Source: Myxococcota bacterium (GTDB lineage Bacteria; Myxococcota_A; UBA9042; PHBI01; JAWLBL01). From it: a stretch of 64,000 bases of DNA. The position numbers were made by a program, and so were the translations under genes. The notes under the pieces were generated by a model, which did no database searches, was not told where the DNA came from, and saw only the letters and a program-made list of their open reading frames with translations. Numbering within the stretch: position 1 is the stretch's first letter; each line of letters begins with the position of its first letter. The stretch is taken from contig JAWLBL010000026.1 of NCBI GenBank assembly GCA_041687695.1, forward strand, positions 65,202 through 129,201. The letters run 5' to 3'. This document shows positions 42,648 to 51,876 of the stretch, piece by piece.

Positions 42648-43913
42648 TCAGTCGCCGAGATCCGGCTTGGCGGCGGGCGGGCGGCGGCGGATGGTGCGCT
42701 TGAGATCCATGCCGACCTGCTGCAGCGGGCCGGCCCAGGCGGCCTTGTCGCGCAGCGGCGGCGGCTCGGCGGGCGGGTGCGGCGCCTGATAGCGCTCGAT
42801 GATGGCGCGCACGGCGTCGAGCGGCAGCGCCGGGGCCACGTTGCCGTTGACCCCCTCCATGTCCCGCGCCATGCACAGGGCGTTCAGGATGGCCTCCTCG
42901 GTGGCCTCGATGACCGCCTTGTACAGCGGGTCCATGTGCTCGTCGGACAGGATGTTCAGCTTCTGGACGCGCTTGCGCGTGGCGCGCTTGACCGTGTTGG
43001 TGGTCGTGAAGGCCATCACGATCTCGCCCGAGCCGTGCGCCGCGTAGGAGCCGACGCGGCCGATGCCCAGGGCGATGCGCTTGGACAGGCGGGTCAGCTG
43101 GTGGGGCAGCAGCGGCGCGTCGGTGGCGCACACGGCGATGATGCTGCCGTAGATCGAGCGGCGCTTGTCGCGGCTCATGTAGTGGGGGGCCAGCACCTCG
43201 CCGACCGGGATGCCGTCCATGCGGAAGTCGATCATGCGCCCGAAGTTGCTCATGACCAGGACGCCCAGCGTGTAGCCGCCCTCGTCCTCGGGCAGGCGCC
43301 GCGACGACGTGCCGATGCCGCCCGCGAAGTCGCAGGTGATCATCCCGGTGCCGCCGCCGACGTTGCCCTCGGCGACCGGGCCCGAGGTGGCCGACTCGAT
43401 GGCCTCGTAGACGTGCTCGGAGCGGACGTGGCGCCCCGCGATGTCGTTGAGCCACGAGTCGTCGCACTCGCCGACCAGCGGGATGACCACGTCGTGCTCG
43501 TGGCCGATGCCGGGGTAGCGCTCGACCATGTGCTTGACGACGGCCTCGGAGCAGGCGCCGACCGACAGGGTGTTGGTCAGCAGGATGGGGGTCTCGATGA
43601 GCCCCCACTCGAGCACCTGCGTCAGCCCCGAGACCTCGCCCGCGCCGTTCAAGACGAAGCCGCCGCCCATCACCCGGTCGATGAAGGTGTTGCCGCCGGT
43701 CGGCAGGATGGCCGTGACCCCCGTGCGGACCGGGCCGCGCCCCACGGCGAGGCGCCCCGAGCCGCGGATGAGGGTCGCGTGCCCGACCCGCACGCCCGCC
43801 ACGTCGGTGATGGCGTTGAAGGGGCCGGGCGAGTAATGGCCGAGCTGCAGGCCGAGCTCTCGGGCGCGGACGCGCGGCGGCTCGGGCGGCGGGGTGGGGG
43901 CTTGGGCGGTCAC
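42648..43913 (-). CDS. P1-family peptidase (DmpA/BapA-like aminopeptidase)
   Basis: RARELG...PGPFNAITDVAGVRVGH, RTGVTAI, NGAGE, EGNVGGGTGM, GSII self-cleavage site, GSGE; GTG start overlaps the upstream stop. Confidence 0.92.
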   Translation of the reverse strand: MTAQAPTPPPEPPRVRARELGLQLGHYSPGPFNAITDVAGVRVGHATLIRGSGRLAVGRGPVRTGVTAILPTGGNTFIDRVMGGGFVLNGAGEVSGLTQVLEWGLIETPILLTNTLSVGACSEAVVKHMVERYPGIGHEHDVVIPLVGECDDSWLNDIAGRHVRSEHVYEAIESATSGPVAEGNVGGGTGMITCDFAGGIGTSSRRLPEDEGGYTLGVLVMSNFGRMIDFRMDGIPVGEVLAPHYMSRDKRRSIYGSIIAVCATDAPLLPHQLTRLSKRIALGIGRVGSYAAHGSGEIVMAFTTTNTVKRATRKRVQKLNILSDEHMDPLYKAVIEATEEAILNALCMARDMEGVNGNVAPALPLDAVRAIIERYQAPHPPAEPPPLRDKAAWAGPLQQVGMDLKRTIRRRPPAAKPDLGD

Positions 43914-45949
43914 GCGGGGCTCACCTTGGTCCTTGCGCCGCCTTGGCGCGCTTCGTTGCGCTCCTGGAAGCGCCGGATGGCCGGCGCGAGGATCTCGCCG
44001 ATGAGGGTGCGGTAGTCCATCCCCGCCGCCTTGGCGATGAGGCACAGGTCCGACCAGTCGGGGGTCAGGCCGGGCAGGGGGTTGCACTCGATGAAGTTGA
44101 CGCGGCCGGCCGCGTCGAGGCGCAGATCGATGCGGGCGACGTCGCGGCAGCCGAGCTCGGTGAAGCACAGCTTGGCGACGCGCGCCAGCTCCTTGCCCAG
44201 GGCGGGGTCGACGTCGGCCGGCGCGTCGTAGCGGATCTTGCTGCTGGTATCGAGCTTCTGCTCGAAGCCGTAGACCGGGAAGGCGTCGTCCTCGTCGAGG
44301 AAGACGATCTCCATGGGCGGCAACGCGCGCGGGCGGCGCTCGCCCAGCAGAGCCACGGTGAACTCGCGGCCGGTCAGGAACTCCTCGACCAGCGCGCCCT
44401 GGCGGTAGCGGCCGGCGAGCTCGCGGGCCAGCTCGCGCAATTCCTTCTCGCTGCCGACGACGCTGGCGCCGAAGACGCCCTTGCTGCTGCCCTCGGCGAC
44501 CGGCTTGGCGATGACCGGGAAGCGGAGATCCTTGGGCAGGCGCTCGTTGCCGGTGCGCATCAGGACGAAGCGCGGCGTCATGACGCCGGCCTGCATGACG
44601 ATGCGCTTGGCGAGCGCCTTGTCCAGCGTGATGGCCAGGGTGGCCGGGTCCGAGCCGGTGTAGGGGATGTTCAGCAGCTCGAGCAGGGCCGGGATCTGCG
44701 CCTCGCGGTTTCGCCCCTCCCAGCCCTCGGCGATGTTGAAGACGACGTCGACCCCGGCGGCGGGCAGCAGCGACGGCAGCTCGGGCGTGCACTCGAGCTC
44801 GACGACCTCGTGGCCGTAGGAGGCGATGGCGTCGCGGATGGCGGCGATGGTCTTGGGCGAGTCGTACTCGGCCTGGCTGTCGTCGTCGCCCTCGCCGTTC
44901 GGGACGATGCGCTTGACGTTGTAGGTGAAGCCGACGCGCAGGCGCTGGGCGCGCTTGGGGGCGGCCTTGACCTCGACGCCGTGGCGGCGGGCGGCGCTGT
45001 CGAGGATGGCGCCGAGGACCGCGCCCATGGACTTGAGCCCGACCTGGGCCGCCGAGGCGTACAGGCTGACGCCGGCCTCGAGGCTGGGCGAGGGGTTGGC
45101 CTCGATGAAGAAGGGGCGGCCCTCGGGCGAGACGCGGAAGTCCAGGCGGCCGAAGTCGCGGATGCCGAGGACCTGGTAGGCGCGGCGGGCCAGGCGCGCG
45201 AGCTCCTCGGCGGTGTCGGGCGACAGGGCGGCGGGCGCGCGCACGTTCACCGCGTCGGTGATGCGGTGCTTGAGCTCGTAGTCGTAGACGTTGTAGCGGC
45301 GGTGGCGGACGGCCTCGGGGTCGAAGACGTACTCGGCCGGGGGCAGGGGGCCGACCTTCTCGAGGAAGGGCACGCTGACGTCGACGCCGGCGACGAACTC
45401 CTCGGCGATGACGCCGGCGGGGTAGCGGGCCAGCAGCTCCTTGATCCGGCGCTCTAGCTCCTCGCGGCTCTCGACGACGGCGTCGGCGTCGATGCCCTTG
45501 GAGCTGCCCTCGAAGTTGGGCTTGACGATGACCGGGAAGGTCAGGTCGACCGGGCGCCAGGGGTGGGCGTCGTTGAACAGGGCCCAGCGCGGGGTCGGGA
45601 TGCCCTGGGCGGCCAGGGTCAGCTTGGCCAGGTGCTTGTCGAGGGCCAGGGTGCAGACCCAGGGGCCCGAGCCGGTGTAGGGCAGGCCGAGCTGATCGAA
45701 GAGCGCCGGGTAGAAGGCGGTGCGGGTGCGGCCGGCGGAGCCCTCGGCGGTGTTGAAGACGAGATCGGGGCGCAGGGCCTCGAGGCGGGCGACCAGGCGC
45801 GAGGCCGGGCCGGAGACCTCGAGCAGCTCGACCTCGTGGCCGAGGGCGCGCAGGGTGTCGCCGATGGCCCTGACGGTGGCGGGGCTATCGAACTCGGCCT
45901 CCTCCTCGCGATCCGAGAGCTGGAGGTTGTGGGTGAAGACAATCCTCAT
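43910..45949 (-). CDS. Tandem two-domain D-Ala-D-Ala-ligase-like ATP-grasp protein
   Basis: Two complete modules, each with FNxAEG, YTGS, LDKxLAK, KPxxEGSSKG, EEF, RxDxR and IExNP. Confidence 0.9.
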   Translation of the reverse strand: MRIVFTHNLQLSDREEEAEFDSPATVRAIGDTLRALGHEVELLEVSGPASRLVARLEALRPDLVFNTAEGSAGRTRTAFYPALFDQLGLPYTGSGPWVCTLALDKHLAKLTLAAQGIPTPRWALFNDAHPWRPVDLTFPVIVKPNFEGSSKGIDADAVVESREELERRIKELLARYPAGVIAEEFVAGVDVSVPFLEKVGPLPPAEYVFDPEAVRHRRYNVYDYELKHRITDAVNVRAPAALSPDTAEELARLARRAYQVLGIRDFGRLDFRVSPEGRPFFIEANPSPSLEAGVSLYASAAQVGLKSMGAVLGAILDSAARRHGVEVKAAPKRAQRLRVGFTYNVKRIVPNGEGDDDSQAEYDSPKTIAAIRDAIASYGHEVVELECTPELPSLLPAAGVDVVFNIAEGWEGRNREAQIPALLELLNIPYTGSDPATLAITLDKALAKRIVMQAGVMTPRFVLMRTGNERLPKDLRFPVIAKPVAEGSSKGVFGASVVGSEKELRELARELAGRYRQGALVEEFLTGREFTVALLGERRPRALPPMEIVFLDEDDAFPVYGFEQKLDTSSKIRYDAPADVDPALGKELARVAKLCFTELGCRDVARIDLRLDAAGRVNFIECNPLPGLTPDWSDLCLIAKAAGMDYRTLIGEILAPAIRRFQERNEARQGGARTKVSPA

Positions 45950-46100
45950 GGCGAGGCCATCCGCGTGCGGTGAGTGGGTCCAGGCGCTGAGTCGGGGCTG
46001 CGTCGCGCGCAGCGGCCGAGCGCTTCGGGGGCCACTATCGAGCAGGTCCCATCGCCCCGCAAGGCGCGGGTTGTAGCGCGGTTTCCAGGCCCTCGAGCGG

Positions 46101-46721
46101 TCAGCGCGCGGCGCGTCCGGAGAGGCGAAGGACCTCGGCGAAGATGGCGTCGGCGGCGCTGGGATCGTCGGCGTAGTTGAGGCTGGTGTTGTCGAGGCGC
46201 ATCAGCGGCGCGCCGTCCCAGCGCTTGAAGAAGGTCTGGTAGGCCTCGCTCAGGGCCTTCAAGTAGCCGGCGTCGAAGTCGCGCTCGAAGGGGCGGCCGC
46301 GGCGGGCGATGCGCTCGAGCAGGACGGGCAGGGGGGCGTGCAGGTAGACGAGCACGTCGGGCTTCATGATCTGCTGCTCGAGGGACTGGTAGACCCGCTC
46401 GTACAGGGCGAGCTCGTGGTCGGCCAGGGTCAGCTGCGCGAAGATGCGGTCCTTGAGCAGGTGGTAGTCGGAGACGATGCTCGGCTGGAACAGGTCGGGC
46501 TGCAGCAGCTCCTGCTGCTGCTTGAAGCGGCTCATCAGGAAGAAGATCTGGGTCTGGAACGCGTAGCGATCGCGATCGAGGTAGAACATCGGCAGGAAGG
46601 GGTTCTCCTCGACGACCTCGAGCACGACGCGGGCGGACAGGCGCTCGCGCAGGCGCTCGACCAGGGTCGTCTTCCCCACCCCGATGGGGCCCTCGATGGC
46701 GACGTAGAGCGGGCGTTCCAT
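46101..46721 (-). CDS. dgk: Deoxynucleoside kinase, Dgk-like
   Basis: IEGPIGVGKT P-loop, ENPFL, SDYH, RIARRGRPFE lid; resembles B. subtilis Dgk. Confidence 0.8.
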   Translation of the reverse strand: MERPLYVAIEGPIGVGKTTLVERLRERLSARVVLEVVEENPFLPMFYLDRDRYAFQTQIFFLMSRFKQQQELLQPDLFQPSIVSDYHLLKDRIFAQLTLADHELALYERVYQSLEQQIMKPDVLVYLHAPLPVLLERIARRGRPFERDFDAGYLKALSEAYQTFFKRWDGAPLMRLDNTSLNYADDPSAADAIFAEVLRLSGRAAR

Positions 46722-46796
46722 GCGGGCGCAGCATGGGGCGAACGGGCCCGGGTCTGCAACCCCGGACCGGGCCGCCGGGGTGAGCGGGGGGCGCCG

Positions 46797-47126
46797 TCAG
46801 GCCTCGGCGGGCACGCCGAGGGCGTCACACAGCTCCAGGAACTCGTCCGCGACGTCGGGGAGCGCGGGCAGGTCCAGGGCGACGAGCTGCTCGCGCAGCC
46901 GCTCCGACTCGCGGTCGGTCAGCGATCGCGTGAACCACGCGCGCACCTCGGCCGCGGCGACGTCGCGCTCGAGCCGGGCCTTGTGGCGAGCGACGGCGCG
47001 CTGGACCTCGCGCAGGGCCGGGTGCCGCTCCTTCGGGTAGCGCCGAGGCGAGGCCTGCAGGACCGGGGCCCAGGCCCGCGCCTCCAGGAAGTCCACCAGC
47101 TGCTCGTGGCTCGTCGTCGTCGCCAT
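46797..47126 (-). CDS. Hypothetical protein
   Basis: RBS GGAGG; plausible helical 109-aa product. Confidence 0.6.
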   Translation of the reverse strand: MATTTSHEQLVDFLEARAWAPVLQASPRRYPKERHPALREVQRAVARHKARLERDVAAAEVRAWFTRSLTDRESERLREQLVALDLPALPDVADEFLELCDALGVPAEA

Positions 47127-47413
47127 GGTCGCCTCCGTGCGTGCAATGAACACGGCTACTTACGTGCTCTCTGTGAGCCGTAAGGACGCGCGCTCGGGGC
47201 ACAACACGGGCGGGCGCGTGCGGCGGCGATGGGGACAGCCTCGGCGGGCGGGCCGGGCTCGTAGGCGAGCGGGGGTGTTCGCGACCGAGCGTCTGGACGG
47301 AGTGACCCATCCCATGACGCGCTACTCGGGCGTGCCGATCGCGCGTCTCGAACGGAGCGAGCGGCCCGCTTCGCGGCTTGACGCCTGCGGTCTCGGCCGC
47401 TCTCATCGCGCGC

Positions 47414-48781
47414 ATGTGTTGCGCCCGTCCATTCCGAGTGTCGGCGGCGAGCCTGCTGCTGTCCGCCATGGCCCTGGTCGTGGCGTGCCGGGACGAGGGT
47501 CCGCCGGAGGCGCCGCGGACGTCGACGACCTCGGCGGCGGTGGTCTCGGCCCCGGCCCGGGCGGCCAAGGGGGAGGCACCGGCGCCGGAGCGGCCGCGTG
47601 ACTTCGGTGAGGCGTATCGCTGTGTGGGGGCGGCGCTCGGCGCGCGGATCCATGTCTCGGAGCAGATGAACCAGACGCTGGTCGCGCTCGAGGGCGTGCC
47701 CACGGACACGCGGGCGGCGGTGCTCGACGCTGCGGCCTCGGCGATGGTCGCCTCGCCCCACGACCCGGGCGAGGCGGCGAAGGCCCTGGTCGCCTCGGCC
47801 CAGGCGCTGCTCGCCATGGAGCTGCCGAGCCGGGCGCGGCTGCACGCGCGCTTGGCGGCCAAGCTCGCCGCAGTCGCTTCGAGGCAGGACGCGCGCGCCG
47901 GGCTACACTTCGACTACGACGTCGTCGCGACGTTGGCGCTCGTGGGCGCCTCGGAAGAGGCCGCCACCCTTGCCGGCGACTCCCCGCGTCTGCTGGCCTT
48001 CGCGGCCGCCGGTCACGCGCGCGCCGGGCGCCCCGAGGCGGCCGCGCCGCTGCTGGAGGAGGCCCGCCGGAGGCTCTCGGACGAGCCCCTCGAGCAGCTC
48101 GAGCTGGCCGTCGCCCTGGTCCCGCTCGGGCGCGCCGCGGAGCTCGAGCCCCTGCTCACCCAGGCCGACCCGCTGGTCCGGCAGGCGGCCCGCATGGCGC
48201 TCTACCTCGCCGCCCTCGAGCGCACCCCTCAGGGGCTGGCGGCGCCCGGGCTGGCCAAGCGTCTGCTCGCCGAGCACGCCGCCGAGCGCCTCGCCATGCT
48301 CTCGGACGCCCAGAACCCCCCGGCCGAGCTCGTCCGTGGTCTGGCCCTCCAGGTCGACCTGGAGACGTCGGCCGGCGGCATGGAGCACGCCGCCGAGACC
48401 CTCACCCGCGCCCGCGAGCTCGTTCGCGAGCGCGGCGGCGACGCTTACGAGCTCGACCTGCGCTACGCCCGGCTGCTCCTGTCCCGCGACCAGCTGGCCG
48501 AGGCCCGCGCCGTCCTCGACACCCTCCGCCTCCACGATGGCGAGGTGCCCACCGCCCGGGTCGCCCTCCTGACCCGCGAAGGGCGCTTCGACGAGGCGCT
48601 CACCGCCGCGACCGCGCTCCGGGCCCACGATCCGGCCACCGCCCTCGCCACCGTCTACGCCGGCTACCTCGCCGCCACCGCCGCCCATCCTCAGCGGCGC
48701 GATCCCGCCTTCGAGCAGCGCCTCCTCGACGCGACCTGCCCGGCACCTCGCCGCGCCGGCGCCCACGAGGCGGGCGGGTGA
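47414..48781 (+). CDS. Hypothetical lipoprotein, TPR-like helical repeats
   Basis: Lipobox VVAC; Ala/Leu-rich helical repeats. Confidence 0.6.
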   Translation: MCCARPFRVSAASLLLSAMALVVACRDEGPPEAPRTSTTSAAVVSAPARAAKGEAPAPERPRDFGEAYRCVGAALGARIHVSEQMNQTLVALEGVPTDTRAAVLDAAASAMVASPHDPGEAAKALVASAQALLAMELPSRARLHARLAAKLAAVASRQDARAGLHFDYDVVATLALVGASEEAATLAGDSPRLLAFAAAGHARAGRPEAAAPLLEEARRRLSDEPLEQLELAVALVPLGRAAELEPLLTQADPLVRQAARMALYLAALERTPQGLAAPGLAKRLLAEHAAERLAMLSDAQNPPAELVRGLALQVDLETSAGGMEHAAETLTRARELVRERGGDAYELDLRYARLLLSRDQLAEARAVLDTLRLHDGEVPTARVALLTREGRFDEALTAATALRAHDPATALATVYAGYLAATAAHPQRRDPAFEQRLLDATCPAPRRAGAHEAGG

Positions 48782-48791
48782 GCGTCCTCGG

Positions 48792-49514
48792 CTACAGGCA
48801 CTTGTCCGGGACGCAGGCGCTGCCCATGTCGTTGGTCTGGCAGGTCGCGTCCTCGCCGCACTCGGCGTCGTCCGCACAGAAGATCTTGCTGCAGTAGTGC
48901 GCGCGCGCGTCGAAGGCGGCGAGGCAGGCGGTCGCGCCGTCGTTGTCGTCGCACTCGCCGCCGTCGGGCGTGCAGAACTCGCCGACGCCCTTGCTGTTGC
49001 CGGCGTCGGTCTCGGCGGCGCAGCCGACGGCCTCGGGGTCGGTCAGGGGGCCGGGTGAGGTCTTGCCGACCGAGGGGTCGCAGGTGAGGAAACCGCGCGC
49101 TGGCGTGTAGTACATGACCGCGACGCACATCTCCGAGGGCCAGGCGAGGGGGGCGGCGGTGTCGTTGTCCCAGCGGCAGCGGATGCGCAGCTTGTCGCCC
49201 GCGGCGAGCGCGAGCGGCGGGTCGAAGAACTTGTACTCGGGGTTGTTCCGAAGCAGCAGGCCGTCGGTCGCGTGGTAGAGCGTCTCGGCCGCGCCGTCCG
49301 GACCGACGTGGTCGAGCTCGAACAGCACGCCCCACGCGTGCTGGTGGCCGAACATCATGTGGATCTCGGTCGGCTCCTCGATGAGGCAGTCGTGGACCCG
49401 CTCGTAGCCCGTCGTCTCGGGCGGCACCTCGAAGGCCGAGTCGAGGACGGCGAGCGGCTCGGCGACCTCGAGGGCCGCCGGATCCTCGGCCAGCCCTGCA
49501 GCAACGCGCCTCAT
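48792..49514 (-). pseudogene. Copper type II monooxygenase C-terminal-like domain plus Cys-rich tail; N-terminal domain apparently missing
   Basis: GHQHAWG (HxH) and SEMC CuM ligand motifs; no CuH domain and no signal peptide; AGGAGG RBS present. Confidence 0.55.
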
Positions 49515-49650
49515 CACCCGCCCTCCTGTGGGAAGGCGACACGCTGCCGTCGCCGGGCGCGGCCGACAAGTGGTAGCCGCCAACGAGAGGGGGGCCGGGG
49601 ACCCGGCCGGTCGGTCCCGAGGGAGCCGGCCGGCCGGGCCCGACGGCTGG

Positions 49651-50670
49651 TCAGTCGCAGTGGAGCTTGGCCTTGACCTCGTAGCTGCCGTACTGGGGCT
49701 TGCAGGCCTTACGGACCAGCTTCTTGTCCAGGTAGACCTTGCCCGCGTCGTCGACGACCCGCAGGTGCAGCACGTCGCCCGGCGAGCCGGCGACCTTGGC
49801 GTCGATGTCGACCAGGTTGAAGCCGTCGTGCGTGGCGAGCGGGACCACGTAGGTCTTCTTGGTCGGGAACTTGTTCGGGCCCAGCTTCAGCTTGCCGTCG
49901 ACCCACACCCAGGCGGCCGAGACCCCCTGGTTGTCGACCACCAGCTTCAGCTTGGGACAGCTCGCCTCGTCGTCCTTCTGGCAGGGCTTCTTCGGCTTGG
50001 TCGGCTCGGTGGGCTCGGTCGGCTCGGTCGGCTTGGTGGGCTCGGTCGGCTCGGTCGGCTCCGTCGGCTCGGTCGGCTCGGTGGGCTCCGTCGGCTCGGT
50101 AGGCTCGGTGGGCTCCGTCGGCTCGGTGGGCTCGGTCGGCTCGGTGGGCTCGGTAGGCTCGGTGGGCTCCGTCGGCTCGGTGGGCTCGGTCGGCTCGGTG
50201 GGCTCGGTAGGCTCGGTGGGCTCCGTCGAATCGGAGGGCTCCGTCGGCTCGGTGGGCTCGGTAGGCTCGGTGGGCTCCGTCGGCTCGGTGGGCTCCGTCG
50301 GCTCGGTGGGCTCTTCGGGTTCGTCCGGTTCCAGGATGGGTTTGCAGATGAACACGACGTCGACCGCGAGGTCGTCGGCCTTGGTGCACTGGTAGCCGTC
50401 GGGGCAGCCGTCGGTGCAGGGCGTCGTGCAGGTCGAGCCCGCGTCGTCCGGCACGCACCAGCCGGTCTGGCAGTCCTCGTCGACGGAGCAGGGCGCGCCG
50501 AAGTCCTCGGGCAGGTCCGAGGCGGTCAGCGCGCCGGACAGGCCGGACGTCTCGGAGGGCGTCGCGCTGGGGCTGGCCGGGTCGTCGGCGCCCTGATCGC
50601 AGGCGGTCGCGAGCGCGAGCGGCGCGGCGAAGAGGGCGAGGAGGGCGATACGCAGGCGGGTGGACTTCAT
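49651..50670 (-). CDS. Lipoprotein: Cys-rich domain, (EPT)n linker, C-terminal beta domain (copy 1)
   Basis: Lipobox ATAC; DFGAPC..DCQTGWCV..CTTPC; over 30 EPT repeats; NQGVSAAWV...KVAGSPGD. Confidence 0.85.
   Translation of the reverse strand: MKSTRLRIALLALFAAPLALATACDQGADDPASPSATPSETSGLSGALTASDLPEDFGAPCSVDEDCQTGWCVPDDAGSTCTTPCTDGCPDGYQCTKADDLAVDVVFICKPILEPDEPEEPTEPTEPTEPTEPTEPTEPTEPTEPSDSTEPTEPTEPTEPTEPTEPTEPTEPTEPTEPTEPTEPTEPTEPTEPTEPTEPTEPTEPTEPTEPTKPTEPTEPTEPTKPKKPCQKDDEASCPKLKLVVDNQGVSAAWVWVDGKLKLGPNKFPTKKTYVVPLATHDGFNLVDIDAKVAGSPGDVLHLRVVDDAGKVYLDKKLVRKACKPQYGSYEVKAKLHCD
49994..50316. repeat. 9-bp coding tandem repeat (EPT)
   Basis: GGCTC(G/C)GT(C/G/A) array; boundaries approximate. 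Confidence 0.9.
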
Positions 50671-50863
50671 CACGGACTCCCGGGTGTTCGGGCGGCGGCC
50701 CCACGCCACCGGCCCCCCACGAGAGCTACCGCCGCGAGATCGTTCGGGGAAAGCCCGTCGCCGCCCTGCGCCGCGGGGCCCGAGCGTCGGCGCCGGGCGT
50801 GCGGCCCGCGCCAACGCTGCGCCTGCCGCGATCTCTACCTCCCCGGTAACATTGGCTTTCAGC
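50671..50863 (-). promoter_or_regulatory. Conserved upstream element of EPT lipoprotein copy 1
   Basis: Blocks shared with 55322-55513 at a constant 4651-bp offset. Confidence 0.7.
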
Positions 50864-50944
50864 CCGGGTCGTCGCCGCTCCGCCGCGCTCCGAGCCCGAT
50901 CGACCCCGCCATCGGCCACGCTCGTGCGCCCGAGCAGCCTCTCG

Positions 50945-51778
50945 CTAGGTGACCCCCGCCGTGGCCAGGTGCGCCCGGAGCGCCGCGACCAGCGGGCGTG
51001 ACCAGACCGCGTGACGACCGAGGAGGGCCACCGGGCGGGTCAGCTCCGTGGGCATCAGGTGCTCCTCGGGAACGCCCATGGCCAGCGCGACCCCGCGCGG
51101 CACCAGGGCGTGGCCCAGCCCGACGCGGGCCATCTGGACCAGGCCCGAGAAGGACTCGACGGTCGCGGTGATCTCGAAGGCCGCCTCGGCGCGCGCGGCG
51201 ATGGCGCGCCAGGTGGCCGCGGTCGGCTCGATGGTCAGGACGGGCAGGCGGCCGGTCTGCGTGATGGGCGCCAGCCCCGAGGGGACCACGACCATCGGCT
51301 CGTCGGCGATGGGCTGGCTGGCCAGATCGGGGTGACGGCCGCGCCCGACGGCCACCAGGGCCAGCAGGTACTCGCCGGCCCGGACACGCTCGAGCGCGAC
51401 CGGGCTGCGGTGCGCGTGGATCTCGAGCTCGAGCCCCGGCAGCGCCGCCGCCACGCGCGCCAGCGCCGCCGCGCCCCACGAGGCCAGCACCGACTCGGAC
51501 ACGCCGAGGCTCACCCGGCCCCGGTGCTCGCCCCGCTCACCGCCGAGCGCCGCCTTCAGCTCGGCCAGCAGCGGCGCCGTCCGCTGGACCAGCGCGCGCC
51601 CGGTCGCCGTCAGGCGCACGCCGCGCCCGGCGCGCTCGACCACCGGCTCGCCCACCTCGTCCGCGAGCGCCGCGAGCCGCTTGCTGACCGCGGGTTGACT
51701 CAGCCGCAGGGCCACCGCCGCCCGGGTCACCGTCCCGTGCGTCGCCACCGCGTGCAGCGCCTCCAGGTTCGACAGCAT
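50945..51778 (-). CDS. LysR-family transcriptional regulator
   Basis: N-terminal HTH GTVTRAAVALRLSQPAVSKRL...ERAGRGVRLTATG. Confidence 0.93.
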   Translation of the reverse strand: MLSNLEALHAVATHGTVTRAAVALRLSQPAVSKRLAALADEVGEPVVERAGRGVRLTATGRALVQRTAPLLAELKAALGGERGEHRGRVSLGVSESVLASWGAAALARVAAALPGLELEIHAHRSPVALERVRAGEYLLALVAVGRGRHPDLASQPIADEPMVVVPSGLAPITQTGRLPVLTIEPTAATWRAIAARAEAAFEITATVESFSGLVQMARVGLGHALVPRGVALAMGVPEEHLMPTELTRPVALLGRHAVWSRPLVAALRAHLATAGVT

Positions 51779-51781
51779 GAA

Positions 51782-51800
51782 TCATGCTAGCGGAGAATGA
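51782..51800. promoter_or_regulatory. LysR binding box
   Basis: TCAT-N11-ATGA in the AT-rich divergent intergenic region. Confidence 0.55.
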
Positions 51801-51876
51801 GTCGTATTCCAAATCAACGATTTTCTCATGATTCGAGCGCGAGCACGATGGCCCCCAACCCACCCCGAGGTCCCAG

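Noticed and set aside
41088..45949. Vancomycin-resistance (van) cluster
   Set aside because: No vanH, vanX or vanRS; the ligase lacks the Ddl/VanA N-terminal motifs and is a two-domain fusion
50690..50715. Sigma-54 promoter in the EPT leaders (TGGCGTGGGGCCGC / CGGCATGGGGTCGC)
   Set aside because: GG-to-GC spacing is 9 nt in both copies, not the required 10
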